22,162 nt of DNA, from the NCBI RefSeq assembly GCF_006345805.1, contig NW_021836908.1:1-22162 (forward strand), given 5' to 3'. The translations under genes were made by a program, and so were the position numbers. This DNA comes from Octopus sinensis (Eukaryota). The notes under the pieces were generated by a model that saw nothing but the letters and a program-made list of their open reading frames with translations, was not told where the DNA came from and searched no databases. This document shows positions 1 through 9,180 of this stretch, in pieces; the first letter of the stretch is position 1; every line of letters begins with the position of its first letter.

Positions 1-122
1 ACGACCCCCAGGACTTATTCTTTGTAAGCCTAGTACTTATTCTATCGGACTTTTATGCCGAACCGCTAAGTTACGGGGACGTAAACACACCAGCATCGGT
101 TGTCAAGCGATGTTGTGGGGGG
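1..122 (-). mobile_element. SINE family A (tRNA head + CORE-like body, octopus OR2-like), partial copy running off the window edge
   Basis: Matches the internal segment GGACTTATTCTTTGTAAGCC...GTTGTCAAGC seen in about 10 other copies in this window. Confidence 0.85.
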
Positions 123-269
123 ATAAAATTTAAATGTTGAAGTGAATCTAACGGTTTTTGTGTGTTTCTTAAATGGCTTACAAACACCTTCCACGCTGCA
201 GTTGTTTTCGTTCCAGCACACGATCTCAGATCAGGTCACTTTCTATGCAAGTACACCTCCGTAATACAT

Positions 270-300
<31 letters not shown>

Positions 301-301
<1 letters not shown>

Positions 302-672
302 TATTCTTTCTTTTATTCTTTTTTTCGTTTCACTCATTTGACTGTGGCCGTGTTGAAGCACTGCCTTTAGTCGAACAAATCGACCCCAGGATTTATTCTT
401 TGTAAGCCTAGTACTTATTCTATCGGTATCTTTTGCCGAACCGGTAAGTTACGGAGAGATAAACACACCAGCATCGGTTGTCAAGCGATGTTAGGGGGAC
501 AAACACAGACACTATGACGGGCTTCTATCAGTTTCCGTCGACCAAATCTATTCACAAGGCTTTGGTAGGCCCGAGGCTATAGCAGAAGACACTTGCCCAC
601 GGTGCCACACAGTGGGACTGAACCCGGAACCATGTGGTTTGGAAGCAAGCTACTTACCACACAGCCGCTCCT
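301..672 (-). mobile_element. SINE family A, near full length
   Basis: Reverse complement has A-box-like GGCTGTGTGGTA, B-box-like GGTTCAGTCCC, CORE-like GGGCAAGTGTCTTCT and an A-rich tail; multi-copy in window. Confidence 0.9.
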
Positions 673-692
673 ATGTGTCATAATGGGGGCCG

Positions 693-750
693 GTTTATGG
701 GATTACCCTAGGTTTCTCGCTCATAAAGGGTTTATCTTCAGACCCCAAAC
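693..750 (-). ncRNA. Type I hammerhead ribozyme relic at the PLE 3' end
   Basis: Minus strand: GTTTGGGGT-CTGAAGA-(taaacccttta tgagcga)-GAAAC-CTAG-GGTA-ATCCC(at)AAAC. Core intact and stems I and III pair; the 5' strand of stem II appears deleted. Confidence 0.65.
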
Positions 751-1137
751 ATTGCTTGCCTAAGACCGCTTCAAAATATTGAGGGGGAAATGCCTCACTA
801 TAAAAATAAACACTAGGTGATTATTTCTCTTTGCCATTGGTCATCGAGCTTCGGCCGCGCCACCACCTTGCGGTCACCAAAGATCCACAAAGGTAAACGA
901 ATGTTTCCCTTCGGATTAGGCCTCGCGAATTCCAAAAAGACGGCAGGAATATTCTAAAATGCCAGCATGGCCCGAAAATCTCCGTCCTGGTGTTCAGGAT
1001 GCTCCCTGACACGATCGAATCCTTTGGGATTCTCGTGCGTTCGGCAATGCATAAACTTGTAACGTTTCGTTCCGTTGATGTAGCGGCCTAGGTTCCCGAA
1101 TATTTTCCATGTGATCAAGTATGGTATCCCTTCGTCT

Positions 1138-1673
1138 AGTGGAGGCGCAATGGCCCAGTGGTTAGGGCAGTGGACTCGCGGTCGTAGGATCGCGGTTTCG
1201 ATTCCCAGACCGGGCGTTGTGAGTGTTTATTGAGCGAAAACACCTAAAGCTCCACGAGGCTCCGGCAGGGGATGGTGGTGATCCCTGCTGTACTCATTCA
1301 CCATAACTTTCTCTCACTCTTACTTCCTGTTTCTGTTGTACCTGTATTTCAAAGGGCCGGCCTTGTCACTCTCTGTGTCACGCTGAATATCCCCGAGAAC
1401 CACGAGGCTCCAGCAGGGGATGGTGGTGATCCCTGCTGTACTCTTTCACCACAACTTTCTCTCACTCTTACTTCCTGTTTCTTTGTACCTGTATTTCAAA
1501 GGCCGGCCTTGTCACTCTCTGTGTCACGCTTGAATATCCCCGAGAACCACGTTAAGGGTACACGTGTCTGTGGAGTGCTCAGCCACTTACACGTTAATTT
1601 CACGAGCAGGCTGTTCCGTTGATTCGGATCAACCGGAACCCTCGTCGTCGTAACCGACGGAGTGCTTCCATCC
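1138..1673 (+). mobile_element. SINE family B (tRNA-derived) with an internal 148-bp tandem duplication
   Basis: A box TGGCCCAGTGG, B box GGTTTCGATTCCC; 10-bp TSD CCCTTCGTCT at 1128-1137 and 1674-1683; second copy at 5056-5419. Confidence 0.9.
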
Positions 1674-2249
1674 CCCTTCGTCTCTTAATTGTCAGATATG
1701 TCTGGCCAGTGATGTCCTGTATCCCCTTTCAGGAGAACAAATGATTGGAAAGACGCTGTTAACGATGTTGCCATGCCATCCATTGTGGCGGTGGTGGCCG
1801 TGTTACTGGCTCCGTTCTCATGCCTACGGCTGCTATTTTCTTCTGCCGGTGTTAATGGCTTGTCCTACTAGAAACTCGACTTGATAGCTAACCCCTTTGG
1901 CTTCGCAGCGAACTCCTACCGGGGAACTGCTTCGAATCCTGTATGAACAACCCGTCTCTTCATGTGTCTTAGTGGTGGGAACTAGGATGCTCTTAATGTT
2001 GAGGGCGCAGCTAAACGAGACCCTAACGGTGTGCCTGTCGAATATGGGCCCGTACCAATAGGGGGTAGTGAAATACTTATCTCTTAATTTATGGAATAGC
2101 ATACTTACGGGTGTTATTGAGTTAGGGAAGTTGAGGGGGGGGTGCGTAAAACAAAGTGTCTTTCTGCGACGCTTCCTTCTGCGGTTATTGGGTTCCGGCT
2201 TGTAGGAGATGCGGTCCCTAAACCCGGATTATGTATTTCACAGACTATA

Positions 2250-2297
2250 AATTATATATATATATTATAGATATATATATATATTATATATTATATG

Positions 2298-2347
<50 letters not shown>

Positions 2348-2478
2348 TATATACATATATACATATATATATATGTATGTATGTATATATATGTATATAT
2401 ATGTATATATCTATATATATATATATATATATACACATATATATATATACATATCTATATATACATAATATATGTTTG

Positions 2479-2526
<48 letters not shown>
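2250..2526. repeat. (TA)n microsatellite array, imperfect
   Basis: Direct inspection. Confidence 0.97.
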
Positions 2527-2529
<3 letters not shown>

Positions 2530-3250
2530 GTGGTTGAAACCTTTTGGATTAACTGGTGCTAGAGTGATCAATATAGTGACCACTCTCTTATATTTATTTT
2601 GTGAAAATATTTATAATATGTAGTAAAATATTATAATAATCCAGGTTCTCATAGCACTAGGCCACTTGGTGTGGAATAAATATACTATTAAATTAGATCT
2701 AATTCTCTCACCCTTATTATTAATATAATTTATGCTGCATTTATTTCTAATGCTGTATTTTTTCCGTGAGAGTTTTTGGCGCGCTGGTTGGTTGGGGCAT
2801 TTGAATTATAACGTCGGTTGTAATCAATTGAACCACACGCGTATTATTTTATGGTAAACTGGCGTGTGATTGAGTGTGATTTCATCCAGATAGTCTTGGC
2901 GACGAGCTACAAATGGATTATTGTAAGTATATTACATTTAATCATTAATAGCGAAACAATTGTCCCAAAATAATCTGTATTTTTGTATTTTTTATTTGCC
3001 CTGTCCCCTGTGAGCTAAAGTCGTCCTTTGCTTTCATGGGAAACATGTATTTTCGTGGTTGAAACCTTTTGGATTAACTGGTGCTAGAGTGATCATTATA
3101 GTGACCACTCTCTTATATTTATTTTGTGAAAATTTATAATATGTTATAAAATTTATAATAATCCAGGTTCTCATAGCACTAGGCCACTGGTGTGGAATAA
3201 ATATACTATTAAATTAGTATCTAATCTCTCACCCTTATTAATTAATATAT
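2527..3250 (+). repeat. 525-bp unit plus a ~200-bp partial second copy (direct repeat), flanked by (TA)n; PLE terminal-repeat or retrozyme-like
   Basis: TTCGTGGTTGAAACC...CTCACCCTTATTA occurs at 2527-2725 and 3052-3250 (offset 525), differing mainly by 1-2 nt indels; a hammerhead fold lies between the copies. Confidence 0.85.
2888..2976 (+). ncRNA. Type I hammerhead ribozyme-like motif (core lacks U4)
   Basis: Stem I AGATAGTCTTGG/CCAAAATAATCT (10 of 12 paired), core C-GACGA, stem II GCTA/TAGC with an extended hairpin, GAAA, palindromic stem III ACAATTGT, GUC site at 2962-2964. Confidence 0.75.
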
Positions 3251-3362
3251 ATAGATATATATATATATATATATTATATAATATATATATATAATAATAA
3301 TAATAAATATTAGGGAATAAATCCAAATTTACAGGGAAAAATTTGTAACTGATTATGGAAGT

Positions 3363-3404
3363 CCACCTAAGATTGTCGATCAAGACAAGAAACGATTGTA
3401 GTGG
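3363..3404 (+). ncRNA. Type I hammerhead ribozyme-like motif (core lacks G5)
   Basis: CCAC-CT.AAGA-TTGTC(gatcaa)GACAA-GAAAC(gatt)GTA-GTGG: all three stems pair, GUA site at 3398-3400. Confidence 0.75.
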
Positions 3405-3496
3405 CGGTTTTTTTGACTATTTATTAAAATTTTATGTATTGATTAGTCTTTCCTTGTTTGTTTTGCAAAATAGTGGTTTTGTCTCTATAAATATTT

Positions 3497-3975
<479 letters not shown>

Positions 3976-3977
3976 AT

Positions 3978-4142
3978 AGGATGGGCGTCTTTCGGCTTTT
4001 GTTTACCATATCCACTCATGAGGCTATGGGTATCTCGAGGCCACAGGAGAAGACACTTGCCCAAAGTTCCATTGCAATGGAACTGAACCCAGAACCGTGT
4101 GGTTGATAAGCAAGCTTCTTACCATACAATCATGCCTGCGTC
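3978..4142 (-). mobile_element. SINE family A, diverged 5' half
   Basis: ACACTTGCCCAA and GAACTGAACCCAGAACC match family A on the minus strand. Confidence 0.75.
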
Positions 4143-4329
4143 TGTTCACTGTTTACGTTTGATAAATTTGTAACGGGAGTGAATATCTTCTCTGCACTTT
4201 TTGGGTGCAAGTTGGTGCAATCACTTTCCGTTGCTTTTAACAATCCAGATACTACCAGTCAAAGAAACACAAAAACGCAGACGTAAAAAAATAGATATAC
4301 TTTATTGTTTTATACCGGTGAGAAATCAG

Positions 4330-4720
4330 TGGTATATCTGATGTCCTTGGTTCTGGGCGCGCAAGGCTGAAAGTTAATCGATTGTAAGATTTTACAATGT
4401 TCAGCCGCAAAAAACAGAACGGGTCAAAAATGGCGTCCGGAGGAAGAAGATGATGTTGTCTGCAACAATTCAGGTTAAAAGTCTTCGGCCAAAAGACTGC
4501 TGCTATCAACCGGAGAGAGAGCGAATTAAACGTCTGCTTCTATGAAAAGCCTGCCGCTGTCTCCGGACGCTAATGGTCAACGTTTTACGCTCCCTTGCCT
4601 CTTTGCTAAGGCTAGCTTTTTCCTAGCCAATCAACTAATTCCACGATAGCAAAATTCCCTCCTCCGGACTTCGTGTATGCGCGAGAGGGCGTTGCGCGCG
4701 CGCACTGTTGTATAGGATCA
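4330..4720. promoter_or_regulatory. CpG-rich, promoter-like segment
   Basis: CpG-dense against an AT-rich background; YY1-like AAAATGGCG at ~4427-4435, GCGCGCGC run near 4695, possible donor CAG|GTTAAA at 4473; no recognised repeat match. Confidence 0.35.
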
Positions 4721-5055
4721 CTACAAATTCTTATGTTATTGTCGTATATTTTTGTTATATTTGTGCTCTTTAATCATTGGCTTATTGGTAGAACACAATA
4801 AGCTAATTGTGAAGCGTGTTACGTTTCTCAAGAATGGATCTGTGATAACACGGAACGGCGATCAGTCAAATATTCTGCTTGGACTGCAAAAGTTTGCCCC
4901 CGCGGCCATCCACAATGCCCAGAACAACTTGAAGTATGCGAACGAAACCAATTTTCATGGATGTTTTATTATTCATTTAAATCTTTTTCATTTATCACAG
5001 GGATTTAGGGTTAGCGGGAGTTCAACAAAAAACCGCGATAAATAAAGATAGATGT

Positions 5056-5419
5056 GGAAGCACTCCGTCGGTTACGACGATGAGGGTTCCGGTTGATCCG
5101 AATCAACGGAAATTAACGTGTAAGTGGCTGAGCACTCCACAGACACGTGTACCCTTAACGTAGTTCTCGGGGATATTCAGCGTGACACAAAGAGTGTCAA
5201 GGCTGGCCCCTTGAAATACAGGTACAACAGAAACAGGAAGTAAGAGAAAGTTGTGGTGAAAGAGTACAGCAGGGATCACCACCATCCCCTGCTGGAGCCT
5301 CGTGGAGCTTTTAGGTGTTTTCGCTCAATAAACACTCACAACGCCCGGTCTGGGAATCGAAACCGCGATTCTACGACCGCGAGTCCGCTGCCCTAACCAC
5401 TGGGCCATTGCGCCTCCAC
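5056..5419 (-). mobile_element. SINE family B, single-unit copy
   Basis: Reverse complement of the 1138-1673 copy without the duplication; 12-bp TSD AAAGATAGATGT at 5044-5055 and 5420-5431. Confidence 0.92.
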
Positions 5420-5459
5420 AAAGATAGATGTATTACTTTACTGATTGTTACAAGTCGGT

Positions 5460-5605
5460 AAACTGAAAATCGTTAGAACACCAGAAAAAATTTTTTTGCA
5501 GTATTCGTTCCAGCTCTTTACATTCTGAGTTCAAATCAACGAAGTCAACTTTGTATCTCATCCTTTAGAGGTCGATAAATTAAAGTACCAGTCATATACC
5601 GGGGT
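5460..5605 (+). mobile_element. SINE family C, old diverged copy
   Basis: TTCTGAGTTCAAAT and CATCCTTTAGAGGTCGATAAATTAAAGTACCAG match the adjacent younger copy. Confidence 0.65.
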
Positions 5606-5609
5606 CCCT

Positions 5610-5847
5610 AAGGCGGCGGGCTGGCAGAATCGTTAGCACGCCGGGCGAAATGCTTAGCGGTATTTCGTCTGCGTTACGTTGTGAGTTCAAATTCCGCCGA
5701 GGTCGACTTTGCCTTTCATCCTTTCGGGGTCGATAAATTAAGTACCAGTTACGCACTGGGGGTCGATGTAATCGACTTAATACCTATGTCTGTCCTTGTT
5801 TGTCCCCTCTGTGTTTAGCCCCTTGTGGGTAATAAAGAAATAGGTAT
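5610..5847 (+). mobile_element. SINE family C (tRNA head + Meta-domain-like body)
   Basis: A box TGGCAGAATCG, B box GAGTTCAAATTCC, central GCCTTTCATCCTTTCGGGGTCGATAAATTAAGTACCAG; related copies at 7354-7777. The Meta assignment is from recall. Confidence 0.85.
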
Positions 5848-6624
5848 CAACTAAACGTCTCCTCTCAAAATTGCTAGCCTTGTGCCTAAATTAAAACCTA
5901 TTATTTCACTGGTTACACAGTACTAGTTACACCGGATTGCAACTACGATAAGTTCAGACATGTGGGAAAATAGGGCGGTGAATTGGTGGAACCAGTGAAT
6001 CGTTGCACAGAATACCTTACAGTATTTAGCTACATTTTTCTGTTCTGAATTCATAATCCGAAGATTGATATAGTATTAAGACGAACGCATTGTGATTATG
6101 ATAATTGGGAAGATAGAAGATGAAGAGTAATAAGAGTTACTTCCCTTGTCAATTAAATCTTCCTAATTCTCTTTCGCACGCATCTGTACTGCTTAATTGG
6201 TTCCACTTTACAACTGATATTTAAGAGAAAACTCAATTAAATATGTATACATGATTGGTAATTAACTGCCTAAAGAAACTGATACGGCATGTTTCGTGTT
6301 GACCCGAAAAATATAAATCACTGTTTGTTGTAAAAATCAAGAAATACTCTTGAAGCTGTCGTTGCCCAGTCTGGCTTAAAATCTCTCTACTTAAACATTT
6401 TGTCACACCTTGTACGTCGACTCTTTCTCTCTGTATCTATTGTAAGTATTATTATATTTCTTTTTACAGACGATCATACTTTCTACGTGGTATTTTACGT
6501 ACGCCTGTTTGCTTTTTTAAAGTGTTCAGCAACATAAAGAAACTAAACAAATATAGTGTTTTATTTCTGTTTCGTTTTCCATCCAGACTCCATTCCAATT
6601 TTACTTATTTCCCCATAATCTTTC

Positions 6625-7134
6625 TCTTTTTTTTTTTCTCTCTTTTTCTCGCTTGTTTCGGTCATTTGACTGCGGCCATGCTGGAGCACCGCCTTTAGTC
6701 GAGCAAATCGACCCTGGGACTTATCGTAGCTGCAATCCGGTGTAACTAGTACTGTGTAACCAGTAAAATAATAGGTTTTAATTTAGGCACAAGGCTAGCA
6801 ATTTTGAGAGGAGACGTTTAGTTGATACCTATTTCTTTATTACCCACAAGGGGCTAAACACTATCGGTCTCTTTTTGCCGAACTGCTAAGTAACGGGGAC
6901 GTAAACACACCAGCATCGGTTGTCAAGCAATGCTAGGGAGACAAACACAGACACACATATATATATATATACGACAGGCTTCTTTCAGTTTCCGTCTACC
7001 AAATCCACTCACAAGGCATTGGTCGGCCCGGGGCTATAGCAGAAGACATTTGCCCAAGATGCCACGCAGTGGGACTGAACCCGGAACCATGTGGTTGGTA
7101 AGCAAGCTACTTACCACACAGCCACTCCTGCGCC
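6625..7134 (-). mobile_element. SINE family A interrupted by a 143-bp templated insertion (6719-6861)
   Basis: Full head at 7134 and tail at ~6625; the insert is the reverse complement of 5811-5953. Confidence 0.9.
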
Positions 7135-7210
7135 TATCTATTTTATTTTTATTTTTATTTTATTTTATCTAGTTTCAGCTCACAAGCTGTGGCCATGCTG
7201 GGGCACCGCC
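7135..7210 (-). mobile_element. SINE/LINE 3' tail fragment (family A-related variant) with a (TAAAA)n end
   Basis: Minus strand GGCGGTGCCCCAGCATGGCCACAGCTTGTGAGCTGAAACTAGA(TAAAA)n, homologous to the family A tail. Confidence 0.75.
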
Positions 7211-7221
7211 ATATAGTTCTA

Positions 7222-7340
7222 TGCTTACTGCACCTAGGTTTCCCAAGCGGTCACCCATCTAAGTACTGACTAGGCTCAACGTTGCTTAACTTCGGTGATC
7301 AGACGAGAACCGGTGCTTTCAACGTGATATGGCCGTAAGC
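7222..7340 (-). pseudogene. 5S rRNA-derived sequence, full length (119 nt), probable retro-pseudogene
   Basis: Minus strand GCTTACGGCCATATCACGTTGAAAGCACCGGTTCTCGTCTGATCACCGAAGTTAAGCAACG...GATGGGTGACCGCTTGGGAAACCTAGGTGCAGTAAGC. C box reads TAGATGGG rather than TGGATGGG, there is no oligo-T terminator, and the copy is solitary among SINEs. Confidence 0.9.
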
Positions 7341-7353
7341 CATATCTAAATAT

Positions 7354-7546
7354 CTTTTCATAACTATATAGGCCCAAGGCTAGAAATTTGCGTATAGGGG
7401 GTCAGTAGATTACATCGACCCCAGTGCTCAACTGGTACTTACCTCATCGACACTGAAAGAATGAAAAGCAAAATCAACCCTCGGTAGAATTTGAACTCAG
7501 ATTGTAAAGACGGACGAAATGCCACTAAGAATTTTGTCCGGCGTGC
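7354..7546 (-). mobile_element. SINE family C, 5'-truncated
   Basis: B box and central domain present on the minus strand; bounded by copies of CA(C/T)ATCTAAATAT. Confidence 0.8.
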
Positions 7547-7563
7547 TACCCACATCTAAATAT

Positions 7564-7777
7564 CCTTTTCTACTCTAGGCACAAGGCCCGAAATTTGGGG
7601 GTAGGGAGCCAGTCGATTAGATCGACCCTAGTACATAGCTGGTACTTAATTTATCAACCCTGAAAGGATGAAAGACAAAGTCGACCTCAGCGGAATTTGA
7701 ACTCAGAACGTAAAGACAGACAAAACACTGCTAAGTATTTCACCCGGCGGGCTAACGTTTCTGCCCACTTGCCACTT
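7564..7777 (-). mobile_element. SINE family C, full length
   Basis: 17-bp TSD TACCCACATCTAAATAT at 7547-7563 and 7778-7794. Confidence 0.85.
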
Positions 7778-7899
7778 TACCCACATCTAAATATTAACAA
7801 GAAAATGTTTATAAGCAACGTTTCGGTATTAATGTGTGTGTGTGTGTGTGTATGTGATCAGCTCTGCAGAGTAGATGAAAGGCGCTCACTCATGATGTT

Positions 7900-7945
7900 A
7901 TGGACTTTCTGCTGAAGAGCGTAGGCTTGAAACATAAAAGACTTT
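7900..7945 (+). ncRNA. Possible minimal hammerhead relic
   Basis: CTGAAGA-GCGTAGGCTT-GAAAC-ATA-AAAGAC: core boxes at the right spacing but stems I and II are weak. Confidence 0.3.
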
Positions 7946-8056
7946 CTTACTTCCAGAGCATTAAACTAATACATCTGTTTGTTGTTTACACACCCATCTT
8001 CATCTTTTGGGGTTTTTTTTCGTAAATTCTTACTATATATATACACATATATATAT

Positions 8057-8269
8057 GGCAGGAGTGGCTGTATGGTAAGTATCTTGTTTACCAACCACAT
8101 GGTTCTGGGTTCAGTCCCACCGCGTGGCACCTTGGGCAAGTGCCTTCTACTATAGTCTCAGGCCAACCAATGCCTTGTGAGTGGATTTGGTAGACGGAAA
8201 CTGAAAGAAGCCCATTGTATATATGTATATATATGCATGTGTGTGTCGTATATGTGTCGTATATGTGTA

Positions 8270-8330
<61 letters not shown>

Positions 8331-8539
8331 ATATGTTTGTGTGTCTGTGGTTGTCCCCCTAGCATTGCTTGACAACCGATGCTGGGTGTTTTTTATGTCC
8401 CCGTTACTTAGCGGTCGGCAAAAGAGACTGATAGAATAAGTACTGGGCTTACAAAAGAATAAGTCCCGGTGTCGAGTTGCTCGATTAAGGCGGTGCTCCA
8501 GCATGGCACAGTCAAATGACTGAAACAAGTAAAAGAGTA
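8057..8539 (+). mobile_element. SINE family A with an expanded internal (TA)n/(TG)n tract
   Basis: Head GGCAGGAGTGGCTGTATGGTAAG, tail GAAACAAGTAAAAGAGTA. Confidence 0.92.
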
Positions 8540-8620
8540 TCTATAATTATCTGTACAGAAATGTAGGAAATATTCGCTGTTGCCATTTCTACGGTTTAAA
8601 TGTATTCTCTATTTATATTA

Positions 8621-8635
8621 TTTCTGTTGTTTCAG
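8621..8635 (+). promoter_or_regulatory. Candidate 3' splice acceptor for the exon carrying the first zinc-finger CDS
   Basis: TTTCTGTTGTTTCAG followed by non-repeat sequence running to the ATG at 9181. Confidence 0.4.
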
Positions 8636-9180
8636 AATAATGGAATAATAGAATTGTTACAACAGAAACTTCACCAGAATATATTCATCATCTTTTAAAG
8701 ACTAAAGGAAGGAATTTTTATACAGAATTGATATAACCTCGTTTAATATGAAGCTGAGGTGAAATATTTCCTCTTGGGTGAGATTATAAACAACACTTCT
8801 CTGTGTTTGCTCTCTGGAACCTGTACGAGATAATCTTGCATTCTAAATAAACTTGGATTCAATTTACAAAGGAGATTGCAACGTTTCCAAATTACAGCAG
8901 AGATTACAGTTGATGGAAACGTAGCTGAAGGAATATTTGTCAGGAATGATTTATAACAACTAAACTAGAAGATATATATTTTGGTGAAAGAAGAAAAATT
9001 ATTGAAATTTTCATGATGCAGAGATTACAGTTGATGGAAACATAGCTGAAGGAATATTTGTTGGAAGGAAACTATAAACGTAAAAACAAGGAAAGTTTGC
9101 ATACATTTTTTGTAAAAGAGACAGAACTGCGGGAAAATTACTGAGGTGTAAAGTTAAAGAACTTATTCTTTCCTGTAAAA

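Larger units (their letters stand above)
673..2240 (-). mobile_element. Decayed, 5'-truncated Penelope-like element (Neptune-type Cys linker + GIY-YIG endonuclease end), interrupted by a SINE at 1138-1673
   Basis: Minus-strand reading across frameshifts and stops: [93 protein letters not shown]|IPYLITWKIF..CIAER..ILNTRTEIFGPCWHFRIFL. This follows the recalled PLE pattern NIIWFNPP..IFNRNTVKVSYSCMPN..CNCR..CPLDGKC..VVYQA..TELSKYIWELK..KWSI..CLTEK..LLNKRSELISKCRH. The two halves rejoin across the SINE target duplication. Confidence 0.85.

Noticed and set aside
125-270. Possible repeat fragment (likewise 17790-18780, 19000-19370 and 20340-20410)
   Set aside because: No second copy, TIR, TSD or translatable motif in this window; cannot be supported without a database search
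1139-1212. tRNA gene calls at SINE heads (also 5610-5700 and family A heads)
   Set aside because: A and B boxes are present but there is no complete cloverleaf or terminator; they continue into SINE bodies, several with TSDs
3012-3055. CTGTGA...GAAACATGTA, a hammerhead-like arrangement at the end of the 525-bp unit
   Set aside because: The core lacks A6, stem II does not close next to GAAA and there is no stem I partner
7222-7340. Functional 5S rRNA gene
   Set aside because: C-box change, a mismatch in the terminal helix, no oligo-T terminator and no 5S tandem context
8505-8539. SINE A tail AGTC-aaat-GACT-GAAAC-aa-GTA resembling the right half of a hammerhead
   Set aside because: No CUGANGA upstream in any copy; treated as the tail hairpin instead
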